Positions 27,433 to 37,119 of a stretch of DNA of 64,000 nucleotides are shown piece by piece. Position 1 is the first letter of the stretch. Each line of letters starts with the position of its first letter. The stretch spans positions 51,667-115,666 of the forward strand of contig CACNUQ010000001.1 in assembly GCA_902623685.1 (NCBI GenBank), in the 5' to 3' direction. A program made the translations under genes and the position numbers. The DNA comes from an uncultured SAR86 cluster bacterium. Its GTDB lineage: Bacteria; Pseudomonadota; Gammaproteobacteria; Magnimaribacterales; D2472. A model generated the notes under the pieces. It made no database searches. It saw only the letters and a list, made by a program, of their open reading frames with translations, and was not told where the DNA came from.

Positions 27433-28525
27433 ATTTTTCTAAAGGTTTTTCAAGTTCATTCCAATCACATTCAAAGTCGTCAGGAGCATGTTCATACTCG
27501 AGCAAACCTAATGCTTCGAATTTTGGCCTTACTTTATCTGTCAGGAGGCCAATTCTTGAGAGATTTGGCATAATTCTTGTGAAAAGGAAGTTTGTAAAAG
27601 CAGTATTTGCTGTTGTTGATAATGCAAATTTTCTTGCTTCTTCTTCAGACATTTTAAGATATTTCTGCATCGCTTTAGTATTAATAAGTCTTTCTCTTGA
27701 GATAACACAAGCCTCGTATGCAAATTCTGCTCTTTCTTCAATTTCCTCAGGCGTCAAGGTTTTTATGAAATCTTCTAAGTAATTTATTCCGAAGGTAACA
27801 TGCCTTGCTTCGTCTCGAATTATGTAATGAAGTAGCTGAGTTAGTAGTGGATCCTTGGATAAACTTTTCAACATTTGAAAGGCCGCTAATGCCAAACCTT
27901 CAATAATAATTTGCATTCCAATAAATTTTAGATCCCATCTAGGATCAGTTAGAATTTTATCTAGCAGAAGTTTTAAATTTTGATTAATCGGATAATGCAT
28001 TCCAATTTTTTCTTGAAGATAACGATTAAAAACTTCTACGTGCCTTGCCTCGTCAAAGGTTTGTGAAGCTGCGTAAAGTTTAGCGTTATAAGTAGGCGCA
28101 CACGCAGTTAGTTGCGATGCTACTAGTAATGCCCCTTGTTCTCCATGAAGAAATTGACTTAAGAGTTCTGCAGCGTCATGACGATCAAATTCAATTTTTT
28201 CTTTTTCACTCAAGCTTTCATATGCTTCAAGTGTCTCATGAGGCAAATCTTCTTCAGCTTGCATGATTCTCTCATCAGCAGGATGATTATAGTCCCAGTT
28301 AAGGTCCATAGAACCATTCCAGTTTAATTCTTTGCCTAATTCATAAAGCTTTTTAATTCTGTTATCGGCAACTGTATAGTCCCAATTGTAGGCACCAGTT
28401 AAGGGAGTGTTGAATATTTCAGCAACATCTTCAACTTGTTGAGGAGTAAGATTTAATTCATTCTCAACGTCAAGATCGAATTTCAAAATATCTTTTGGGG
28501 GCCCATCAACTTTTTTTATTTTCAT
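27407..28525 (-). CDS. Ferritin-like diiron protein (AurF/aldehyde-decarbonylase-like)
   Basis: Diiron ligand set HGEQGA...DEARH...EGLA...DEARH; no signal peptide. Confidence 0.85.
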   Translation of the reverse strand: MKIKKVDGPPKDILKFDLDVENELNLTPQQVEDVAEIFNTPLTGAYNWDYTVADNRIKKLYELGKELNWNGSMDLNWDYNHPADERIMQAEEDLPHETLEAYESLSEKEKIEFDRHDAAELLSQFLHGEQGALLVASQLTACAPTYNAKLYAASQTFDEARHVEVFNRYLQEKIGMHYPINQNLKLLLDKILTDPRWDLKFIGMQIIIEGLALAAFQMLKSLSKDPLLTQLLHYIIRDEARHVTFGINYLEDFIKTLTPEEIEERAEFAYEACVISRERLINTKAMQKYLKMSEEEARKFALSTTANTAFTNFLFTRIMPNLSRIGLLTDKVRPKFEALGLLEYEHAPDDFECDWNELEKPLEKFGEIPQVI

Positions 28526-28583
28526 TTTTATTAACTCTTTATCTTTATAACAGCGCGAGATTTACAATACTATATGCTTTTTT

Positions 28584-30353
28584 TTAATCATTGAAAAGTT
28601 CTGTAAGTTTGTCAAGAAGTGCCTCAGCTAACTCTTCAGCTCGATTAATTGTAATAGATTTTTCATAATATTTTGTCACATCATGCCCAATTCCAATTGC
28701 AAGAAGCTCAACACTGCTCTGTGTTTCTATCATGTTAATAATTTGGCGTAAATGATTATCTAAAAAATTACTATGATTTGTTGAAAGAGTGCTGTCATCA
28801 ACCGGAGCTCCATCCGAAATTACAATTAAGATTTTTCTTTCTTCATTTCGCTTGCTTAATCTTTGATGAGCCCAAGCCAATGCCTCTCCATCTACATTTT
28901 CTTTTAATAGGCCTTCTCTTAACATAATTCCAAAACTCTTTCTTGCTTTTCTAAAATTATCATCAGCAGATTTAAAAATAATATGTCGCAAATCATTTAA
29001 TCGACCTGGATTTGAGGGACTGCCTTGATTAACCCAAGCTTTTCTTGCATCACCACCTTTCCAATGTTTTGTAGTAAAACCTAATAACTCAGTTTTGACA
29101 TAACATCTTTCAAGCGTACTTCCTATGATATCCCCGCAAATTGCTGCCAAAGTCATTGAGCGACCTCGCATTGACCCAGAACTATCAATTAAGAGTGATA
29201 CAACTGTATCTTTAAACTTGCTTTCACTTTCTTGCTTAAAACTTAAAGGATCCCCAGGCCTTGTTATCACTCGATGAAGCTGAGCCGTATCAAGTAAGCC
29301 TTCCTCAAGATTATAATTCCAGCTTCTATTTTGTTGAGCTTGTAATAGTCTTTGAAGCCTGTTGGCTAATTTTCCAATAGTAGTTTGATAAGGCGAAATA
29401 AGTTGATCTAGCTGAATCCTTAGTCTTTGTGACTCCTCAGGCGTTGCTAAATCAATTGCGTTGACTATTTCATCGAACTGAGAAGTGAAAATTTGATAAT
29501 CTTCATAGGCTGTTTGATCTATTTCTTCGTTAAAATTTCTTGTTAAATCTATCTCTTCATCTATTGAAGTTGAATCAATTGGAGCTTGAGCCTCTTCTAA
29601 TAAAGCATTATCTTCATCTGCTTGACCCTCTGCTTGAGCTTCAATCATTTGATCATCTGAGGTTTGTTCGTACTCTTCTTGATCTTCATTCTGAGCTTGT
29701 TGTTCCTCTGGAATTGAATCATCTCCTAATGATTCTTCGTCGCTATTAGTTTGTGGTTCATGCATCAAATCAAGATCTTTCATCAATTCAAGAGCAATTG
29801 ATTGAAAGTCCTCTTGTGATTTTCGAGCTTCAATTAGTCTTTTGCCTAATTCATTGATATTTTTAGGGGCTGCAGATTGAAAAGCACTAACAATATTTTT
29901 GCTTTCTTCATGCAATTCATCACCATTAAGTTTTTTTAACCATAAGTTCGTGGCCAATGGGTTAATTGATGGGATTTTATTATCGATGTTTTTCTTCGCC
30001 TCAGCATTTAAAAATAAACTTAAGTTGCTCTTTGCACCAGGAAAAGTTTCTCCTCCAATCATCTCAACTCTTGAAAGTTCAAGCTCAGCAAAAAAATCTC
30101 TAGCTATTTTTGGCATTTTAAGAGGAGGATTTTCTTTATGATAAAGATGCCAAAAAGCTTGGAAATCTGCTTCTCCTCTCCATGAACTAATTTGAGAGGA
30201 AGATCTTGGAGGATTTTGTAAAGAGATTTGAGTCAAAGAAGGAGGTCGACTAGAGGCTTGTGAAGTGCTTTCTAAACTTGGATTATTGGATATTGCCCTT
30301 GTTGTTGAAAGGACTGCCTGCTTAAACTCCTCCCGATTCTTTACCCAGCTCAT
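28584..30353 (-). CDS. cobT: CobT-like protein (acidic linker + C-terminal VWA domain)
   Basis: [75 protein letters not shown]. Confidence 0.9.
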   Translation of the reverse strand: MSWVKNREEFKQAVLSTTRAISNNPSLESTSQASSRPPSLTQISLQNPPRSSSQISSWRGEADFQAFWHLYHKENPPLKMPKIARDFFAELELSRVEMIGGETFPGAKSNLSLFLNAEAKKNIDNKIPSINPLATNLWLKKLNGDELHEESKNIVSAFQSAAPKNINELGKRLIEARKSQEDFQSIALELMKDLDLMHEPQTNSDEESLGDDSIPEEQQAQNEDQEEYEQTSDDQMIEAQAEGQADEDNALLEEAQAPIDSTSIDEEIDLTRNFNEEIDQTAYEDYQIFTSQFDEIVNAIDLATPEESQRLRIQLDQLISPYQTTIGKLANRLQRLLQAQQNRSWNYNLEEGLLDTAQLHRVITRPGDPLSFKQESESKFKDTVVSLLIDSSGSMRGRSMTLAAICGDIIGSTLERCYVKTELLGFTTKHWKGGDARKAWVNQGSPSNPGRLNDLRHIIFKSADDNFRKARKSFGIMLREGLLKENVDGEALAWAHQRLSKRNEERKILIVISDGAPVDDSTLSTNHSNFLDNHLRQIINMIETQSSVELLAIGIGHDVTKYYEKSITINRAEELAEALLDKLTELFND

Positions 30354-30356
30354 TAA

Positions 30357-31340
30357 TTATGATGTTGGATTATGGCTTTCTTCAAGATCTTCACCAAAAC
30401 ACCTTTGAAAATACTCTGCAACAATTGGTCTTTCAGCCTCATCACATTTGTTAAGAAACGATAGCTTGAAAGAATGCTTAATATCTTTAAATATAATGTA
30501 GTTTTGAGCCCAAGTTATTACAGTTCTGGGAGACATTAATGATGATATATCCTCATTTATAAAACCTTGTCTTGTAAGATCAGCAAGCTGGATCATACTT
30601 TTTATTAAAGCTTTATCTTTAGCTGATTTCAGTTCGGGAACTTTGCCTGTAACAACATCGATCTCGTGTGAGCGCTCTAAATAATTTAGTGTTGACAATA
30701 TGTGCCAACGATCCATTTGCCCTTGATTAATTTGTTGTGTGCCATGATAAAGACCTGTTACATCTCCCATACCAACAGTATTAGTGGTTGCAAATAATCT
30801 GAAGCTTGGATGTGGAGATATTACATGATTTTGATCCAATAAAGTTAATTTACCCTCTACCTCTAGAATCCTTTGAATAACAAACATGACGTCAGGTCTT
30901 CCTGCATCATATTCATCAAAAACAATTGCAACCGGATTTTGAATGGACCATGGCAAAATACCTTCTCTGAATTCGGTAATTTGTTTCTCATCTTTTAGTA
31001 CAATGGCATCTTTGCCTAATAAATCAATTCTGCTTATGTGACTATCAAGATTAATTCGAACACATGGCCAATTAAGTCTAGCTGCTACTTGTTCAATGTG
31101 TGTTGATTTACCTGTTCCATGATATCCCTGAATCATTACCCTGCGGTTGTGTTCAAAGCCAGCTAAAATCGATAGTGTTGTATCTTTATCAAATACATAA
31201 GTTGAGTCAATTTCAGGCACCCACTGTGTCTTTTCTTTATAGCCTTTTACTGAAAGATTGGAATCAATATTAAATGTTTTTTTTACATTAATTTTTAGAT
31301 CGGGTGTATCTGGCAGGCTGATTCTTTCTGAGTTTATCAT
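30357..31340 (-). CDS. cobS: CobS-like MoxR AAA+ ATPase
   Basis: GYHGTGKSTHIEQVAARLNWP, DEYDAGRPDVMFVIQR, GLYHGTQQINQGQMDRW, MSPRTV. Confidence 0.93.
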   Translation of the reverse strand: MINSERISLPDTPDLKINVKKTFNIDSNLSVKGYKEKTQWVPEIDSTYVFDKDTTLSILAGFEHNRRVMIQGYHGTGKSTHIEQVAARLNWPCVRINLDSHISRIDLLGKDAIVLKDEKQITEFREGILPWSIQNPVAIVFDEYDAGRPDVMFVIQRILEVEGKLTLLDQNHVISPHPSFRLFATTNTVGMGDVTGLYHGTQQINQGQMDRWHILSTLNYLERSHEIDVVTGKVPELKSAKDKALIKSMIQLADLTRQGFINEDISSLMSPRTVITWAQNYIIFKDIKHSFKLSFLNKCDEAERPIVAEYFQRCFGEDLEESHNPTS

Positions 31341-31455
31341 TTGTCTATATTTTAGTATTTTCAGGAGCAGATATGCTAACTTTTGATGAGATAAAGTTCT
31401 AGTTTTAATTGATTCAATGTAAGATAAATTTTAATTCAATAAAACATCAAAACTA

Positions 31456-32316
31456 ATGAATAGTGCCCTTAAACACACACTTGAACTTTTTAACTTAACT
31501 AGGGTTGATAGAGATCTTTACTCCTGGACAGGAAAAAGTGTTGGCTTTCAAAGAATCTTTGGTGGTCAGATTATGGCTCAATGTTTAATAGCCGGATACC
31601 AAACAGTTGAAAAAGCAAGATGGGTTCACTCATTTCATTCATACTTCCTAAGACCAGGAGATTTTGAGCAAAATATCATTTTTGAAGTAGATCGAATTAG
31701 AGATGGGAAGAGTTTTACTACTCGAAGAGTCAATGCGATTCAAAATGGAGAAGCAATTTTTAGTTGCTCTATTTCATTTCAAAAGAGGGAAAAAGGCTTA
31801 AGTCATCAAATCAAAATGCCAAAAATTGTAGGTCCGGAGAAACTTAAAAGTGATTTGGAGTTAAGAAAAGATGTACAAAACAAAATTCCTAAAGATTATT
31901 TACCAATGTGGCTCAGAGAAAGAGAGATCGAAACGAGACAAGTTGAACCCATGGATTTATTGAAAGCAGAAAAACTACCCCCTTACAGGAGCACTTGGAT
32001 GAAACCAACTGGAAAGTTACCCAAAGACGAAAGAATCCACCAAGCATTATTATTATATTGTTCAGATATGGGGTTACTTGGGGCAGCTGTAAATCCTCAT
32101 GAGGTAAATTTTATGTCAAAAAAATTTCAAAGTGCTAGCTTAGATCATGTGATGTGGTTTCACGGAAAAGTTAATTTTAATAACTGGATTTTGCATCATA
32201 TGCATAGCCCAATTTCTCAAAACGCTAGAGGTTTTTCCCGAGGATCGATATATACCAAAGCAGGAAAATTAATTGCATCAACAGCGCAGGAGGGACTTAT
32301 GCGCATTTGGGATTAA
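31456..32316 (+). CDS. tesB: Acyl-CoA thioesterase II
   Basis: FGGQ, HSFHSYFLRPG, RDGKSFTTRRV, ASLDH.MWFH, QEGL.R. Confidence 0.93.
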   Translation: MNSALKHTLELFNLTRVDRDLYSWTGKSVGFQRIFGGQIMAQCLIAGYQTVEKARWVHSFHSYFLRPGDFEQNIIFEVDRIRDGKSFTTRRVNAIQNGEAIFSCSISFQKREKGLSHQIKMPKIVGPEKLKSDLELRKDVQNKIPKDYLPMWLREREIETRQVEPMDLLKAEKLPPYRSTWMKPTGKLPKDERIHQALLLYCSDMGLLGAAVNPHEVNFMSKKFQSASLDHVMWFHGKVNFNNWILHHMHSPISQNARGFSRGSIYTKAGKLIASTAQEGLMRIWD

Positions 32317-32376
32317 TGCTCTTAATGATTATTTTTTTCCCAAAGATTGCTATAGTTGTTCTTTAATTTTTAACAA

Positions 32377-32796
32377 ATGCTATCTATATTCAAAAAAAAA
32401 TTATTTTCTGATATTTCCGGAACTGCTGAGGATATGCCGCCACATGTTTCTGCCGTTTTATGTTTAATGATCGAAATTGCTCGAATGGATGGGAAAGTTG
32501 ATGATGAGGAGATAGAGGAAATTAAAAATTTTTATTTGGATTTATATCCGGAGGGTAATTTTTCAGAAGCATTCCAAGAGCTAAAAGAATGGACAAGTCA
32601 TAAGGAGTCTTTTAATCCATTTATTAATATTATCAATAGTAACTGCACTAAAAGAATGAAACTTGAGATTCTATCGAATATCTGGAGTGTTATTTTGTCA
32701 GATGATAAAGTTGATCAGTATGAAAATTCACTGTTTATGCAAATAGGCGACATGCTGCTAATTAGTGATGAGGAGCTTACAGCGATTAAGAGCTGA
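32377..32796 (+). CDS. TerB-like family protein
   Basis: L..E.A..DG.VD..E and SD..VD.YE motifs. Confidence 0.8.
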   Translation: MLSIFKKKLFSDISGTAEDMPPHVSAVLCLMIEIARMDGKVDDEEIEEIKNFYLDLYPEGNFSEAFQELKEWTSHKESFNPFINIINSNCTKRMKLEILSNIWSVILSDDKVDQYENSLFMQIGDMLLISDEELTAIKS

Positions 32797-33700
32797 CCCT
32801 CAGATGATTTAATAGAACCCCTTCAAATTGCATGAGAATTTCAGGCTCGATTAGATGTCTCATGTTATCAATTATTTGAAGTCTGCTATGCGGAATTAAT
32901 TTGTGCATCTTATATGCATTTCTTACATGTATCATAGGATCATCTTTGCCATGAATAATTAACGTTGGAGCTTTAATTTTTTTAATTTTTTTTAATCTGT
33001 CCTTTGATGCAAGAATTGACAGAAGTTGTCTTGCATAACCTGACCCATCTTGAGAGCGATTTAAGTTTTCCATTGTTTCTTTTCTAAATTCAGGAGTGTC
33101 AACAATCCTGCCTTTCATACCAATTAGTGAAACCATTTTTATTTCCCTTTTGATTATCTCATCGTATGAAGCATTTGGATTTTTTGATCTTTCCAGCATA
33201 ATTTCTCTGACTGCCTTTGATGGAGCATTAATTGGGCTGGGGGTGGATGCAGTAGAAGCAATCAATGTAAATGTTTTAACTTTCTCAGGATACATAGCGC
33301 TAATGATCTGAGCAATCATTCCGCCCATGGAGGTACTCAAAATATGAGCCTTTTTAATTTCTAAAGTTTCCAATAGCTTGATTCCATCATCTGCCATATC
33401 ATCAATTTTATACTCAGATTTAATAGGCAATCTAAAAAAGTATTTGATGTAGTCCAATGCAAATGACGGCGTGTTGGTAAATCTGGATGATAAGCCAACA
33501 TCTCGATTGTCATAAGTAATAGGTCGAAAATTATTCTCTTGTAAGAAATTTATTAGATGTTGTGGCCAATGAACAAGTTGCGCTCCTAGTCCATGTACCA
33601 TTAGTATTGGATCACCATCTTCAGGACCATAATCACGATAAAAAATTTTTACTCCGTTATTTTTTGAAAAGCCTTCTTTATAGTGCTGGTTTGTTCCCAT
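32786..33700 (-). CDS. Alpha/beta-fold hydrolase (esterase-like)
   Basis: HGLG, DNRDVGLS, TSMGG nucleophile, HG.DDP, terminal His; ATG 33700 preferred over the track start 33736. Confidence 0.87.
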   Translation of the reverse strand: MGTNQHYKEGFSKNNGVKIFYRDYGPEDGDPILMVHGLGAQLVHWPQHLINFLQENNFRPITYDNRDVGLSSRFTNTPSFALDYIKYFFRLPIKSEYKIDDMADDGIKLLETLEIKKAHILSTSMGGMIAQIISAMYPEKVKTFTLIASTASTPSPINAPSKAVREIMLERSKNPNASYDEIIKREIKMVSLIGMKGRIVDTPEFRKETMENLNRSQDGSGYARQLLSILASKDRLKKIKKIKAPTLIIHGKDDPMIHVRNAYKMHKLIPHSRLQIIDNMRHLIEPEILMQFEGVLLNHLRVSS

Positions 33701-33770
33701 GAATTTTATACTAATGCACTTCCTAAATATTACCAACTGCTGACAAGACTGCTATAGTCAATGAAGATTT

Positions 33771-35129
33771 ATGAGTCGTAATACAGTATCAAATAAAGTC
33801 AGAGCAGCTTATGGCATCGGAGATTATGCAATTTGTTTGTATTGGAGTGGAGTGGGTTTATATCTTTTATATTTTTATACCGATGTTGTTGGAATATCAC
33901 CACTTCTTGCAGGTTGGCTTTATGCTCTAGGAATTGCTTGGGACGCAATAACAGATCCTTTTATGGGATATCTAGCAGAAAGAACTAGAAGCAAGATGGG
34001 AAGTTATCGACCATATATTTTTTATGGCGCAATTCCGCTAGCTTTTTCCTTTATTTTACTATTTTGGGTTCCTCCATTTGAGGGAGTAAAACTTTTTATT
34101 TTCTTGCTAGCTGTAAACTTATTACATAGAACCTGTTTTACAATTGTCAGCGTTCCATATTCATCTCTTACAGCAAGGATTACTGATGATAGTGACGAAA
34201 GAACGAAATTAACCACTGCGAGGATGATAGGCGCCTCTTTTGGCACCCTCACAGTCTCAGCTTTAGGCTTCCCAATAGTTTTGTTCTTTGGCGGGACAAA
34301 TGAAGCTTATGGATTTATCTTCCTAGGCATTCTATGTGGTCTTATGGCAGTCCTGGTTTTAAGCATTACTGTAAGATTTGTAAAAGAAAGAGAATTCAAT
34401 TCTTCCATAATTCAATTACCCAGCTTTGCAAAAGTATTTAAGTCAGTTGCTAATAATTATCCATTTTGGATTGTCTTTGCATCAATACTTATCCTTGGCT
34501 CAACTTCCATAATGTTTAATAACAACTTAATTTATTTTGTAAAATACTCTCTTGATTTGCATGAATATCAAGGACTAATTCTCGGGATAAGCAGTGGCTC
34601 AGCTCTTTTGGCCATTCCACTATGGGCATATGCAGCACTAAAAATTGGTAAAAGAAATTCATGGATGGCATCAATGACATTACTAATAATTGGATTTTTA
34701 TTTTTTTATTTTTCTCCCATAAATTCTTTGAATGAACTACTGCTTATTCTCGGCTTTATTGGAATTGGAAATGGAGCAACAGGAGTTTTATTTTGGTCAA
34801 TGCTTCCAGATACTATTGAATATGGAGAATGGAGAACAGGCGTTAGAACAGAATCATCACTATATGGTTTTATGACCTTTGCTCAAAAAGCAGCTATTGC
34901 AATGGCTGCTCTTTTACTTGGTCTGGTTTTAACTCAAATTGGTTTTGAGCCTAATACAGTTCAATCTGAGCAAACTTTACAGGAATTAAAATTTATTATG
35001 ACCTGGATACCATTAACTGGCATTTTCCTTAGTTTTATTTTGGTATCTTTTTATCCGATTAATAAAACATTTCATCAAAAATTAATTTTTGAAATAGAAA
35101 GAAAAAAATTGAACCATGAAACAAATTAA
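33771..35129 (+). CDS. GPH (MelB-like) glycoside:cation symporter
   Basis: YG.GD, FYTDV.G, DAITDP.MG, PY.SL, ER..L...R, MLPD.IEY.EW.TG.R.E motifs. Confidence 0.92.
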   Translation: MSRNTVSNKVRAAYGIGDYAICLYWSGVGLYLLYFYTDVVGISPLLAGWLYALGIAWDAITDPFMGYLAERTRSKMGSYRPYIFYGAIPLAFSFILLFWVPPFEGVKLFIFLLAVNLLHRTCFTIVSVPYSSLTARITDDSDERTKLTTARMIGASFGTLTVSALGFPIVLFFGGTNEAYGFIFLGILCGLMAVLVLSITVRFVKEREFNSSIIQLPSFAKVFKSVANNYPFWIVFASILILGSTSIMFNNNLIYFVKYSLDLHEYQGLILGISSGSALLAIPLWAYAALKIGKRNSWMASMTLLIIGFLFFYFSPINSLNELLLILGFIGIGNGATGVLFWSMLPDTIEYGEWRTGVRTESSLYGFMTFAQKAAIAMAALLLGLVLTQIGFEPNTVQSEQTLQELKFIMTWIPLTGIFLSFILVSFYPINKTFHQKLIFEIERKKLNHETN

Positions 35130-37119
35130 TTGGGGAATCATTGGCTCAGGTTCAATAGCGTCTGCTTTTGCGCACTCTATAAAATCAACTTCAAATTCTA
35201 AATTGATAGGCTTATACGGTAGAAATGTTGATACAACAAACGCTTTTGCTAAAAAATTTAATATTTACGCTTATTATCAATTAAATGATTTGTTATTTTC
35301 GCCTGAAATAGATGCTGTTTATGTCGCAACACCGCACAGCGAACACTTTGCTCATACATTTCAAGCTATTAAAAATAACAAGCATGTTCTGTGTGAAAAG
35401 CCATTTACGATGAATGCATATGAGAGCATGATTCTCATAGATCTAGCCAAACAATCAAATATTTTTTTAATGGAAGGATTTATGTATAGAACTCATCCCC
35501 AAACAAAGAATATTTTGGATAATTTAGATATTTTTTTAGGTGATAAAGAGAAAATATTAATTGAAGCCTCATTTGGCTTTGCTGCTAAGGTTCCAAAAGA
35601 TCATAGATTAAGAAATCCTGATCTGGGTGGAGGAGCAATACTAGATATTGGATGTTATCCCCTAACGATATGTAAGTTAATAGCTGGTCATTTGCAAGGA
35701 CTTCCGTTTGCTGAACCTAGAGAGTTTTCAGCCACAGGAGAGCTAGATGAGACTGGTGTTGATCTTCAATCTCACGCTCATATTATTTTTTCAGATTCAA
35801 CTGAAGCAAAAATAAGTTGCGCAATAAATGAAAATTTTTCCAATGATCTAGTAATATCTAATGGTAAAAAATCTATTGCTGTTAATCAACCATGGCATTG
35901 TGGACAATTTCAAGATGGAAGATCCTCTATTTTGGTAACTACTCCTGATCTAGGCAAACAAGAAATTTCGTTTATTGATGAACTTGGTTTATTTACTCGA
36001 CAAATTGAGCATGCATCGAGTTGCATATTGCAGCAAAAGGCAGAATCGGAGTTTATCACTCACACTGAAACACAAAGTAATATGTTTTGGCTTGATCAAT
36101 GGAGAGAAAAAATGAGCATTGAATGCCCAAAAAATAATTTAAAAAATTCTCCAATATTTTCATCAAATACTTCTCAAATAAGAAAACCAATTCTAAAAAA
36201 AATAACCCTTCCAAAAATTAATAAGATTGGTTCAAGGCTTGCATTAGGTTGTGATAATCAAATCTCTGAGCTCCATGCATTTACAATGTTTGATCACTTT
36301 TATGAGTCGGGAGGAAGAATATTTGATACCGCCTATATCTATAATCATGGAAAAGGCGATAAGTATCTTGGTAACTGGATAAACTCGAGAGGAGTTTCAA
36401 AAGACTTAATCGTCATTGGGAAGGCTGCTCATACACCTCAATGCGAGCCAAAATTTATTCGACCTCAAATTCTTGAATCACTTGATCGGCTTAATATCTC
36501 AAAAATAGATATTTTTTGTCTCCACCGAGATAATAGGGATGTACCGGTCGATGAATTTATTGATGCATTGTCAGATATTAGAGATGAAGGTCTAATTCAC
36601 ATATATGGAGCCTCAAATTGGGAGTTAGATAGATTCTCTTCTGCAAGAGCTTACGCAATAAAAAATAAAAAAGAACCATTTTCAGTATTAAGCAATAATT
36701 TTAGCTTAGCAGAAATGATTCAACCAGTATGGCCAGGTTGTGTCGGAGTAAATGATAGATTTTTAGAATATATTATTAGCGAAAAGATTTTATTATTTCC
36801 TTGGTCTTCTCAGGCAAGAGGATTTTTTATCAAAAAGAAAGAACAGACTTCTAATGAGCATTTTTCAAATCCAACTTTGGATGAAGAAATGAGGGTTTGG
36901 CATTATGAAAAAAACCTACAGAGAAGAGAAAAGTGCTTTGAGTTGGCCGAGAAAAAAAGTGTAGAACCTATACAAATTGCCTTGGCGTATGTTCTGCACC
37001 AATCCGATTTAATTTTTCCACTAATTGGTCCAAGAAATTTATCTGAGACCAGTAGCTCAATTGAAGCGACGAAAATTAAGCTCTCTGTCAAAGAACTTCA
37101 AGAGCTTTCTCAAGGTTGA
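35116..37119 (+). CDS. Gfo/Idh/MocA oxidoreductase fused to an aldo/keto reductase
   Basis: N-half: WGIIG.G.IA, CEKP, GGGA.LDIGCY. C-half: FDTAYIY, LHRD, GASNW, WSSQARG, IGPR. Confidence 0.88.
   Translation: MKQINWGIIGSGSIASAFAHSIKSTSNSKLIGLYGRNVDTTNAFAKKFNIYAYYQLNDLLFSPEIDAVYVATPHSEHFAHTFQAIKNNKHVLCEKPFTMNAYESMILIDLAKQSNIFLMEGFMYRTHPQTKNILDNLDIFLGDKEKILIEASFGFAAKVPKDHRLRNPDLGGGAILDIGCYPLTICKLIAGHLQGLPFAEPREFSATGELDETGVDLQSHAHIIFSDSTEAKISCAINENFSNDLVISNGKKSIAVNQPWHCGQFQDGRSSILVTTPDLGKQEISFIDELGLFTRQIEHASSCILQQKAESEFITHTETQSNMFWLDQWREKMSIECPKNNLKNSPIFSSNTSQIRKPILKKITLPKINKIGSRLALGCDNQISELHAFTMFDHFYESGGRIFDTAYIYNHGKGDKYLGNWINSRGVSKDLIVIGKAAHTPQCEPKFIRPQILESLDRLNISKIDIFCLHRDNRDVPVDEFIDALSDIRDEGLIHIYGASNWELDRFSSARAYAIKNKKEPFSVLSNNFSLAEMIQPVWPGCVGVNDRFLEYIISEKILLFPWSSQARGFFIKKKEQTSNEHFSNPTLDEEMRVWHYEKNLQRREKCFELAEKKSVEPIQIALAYVLHQSDLIFPLIGPRNLSETSSSIEATKIKLSVKELQELSQG

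Noticed and set aside
28584-31340. Evidence for de novo cobalamin synthesis
   Set aside because: cobS/cobT alone are insufficient; no cobN or other cob genes in the window.
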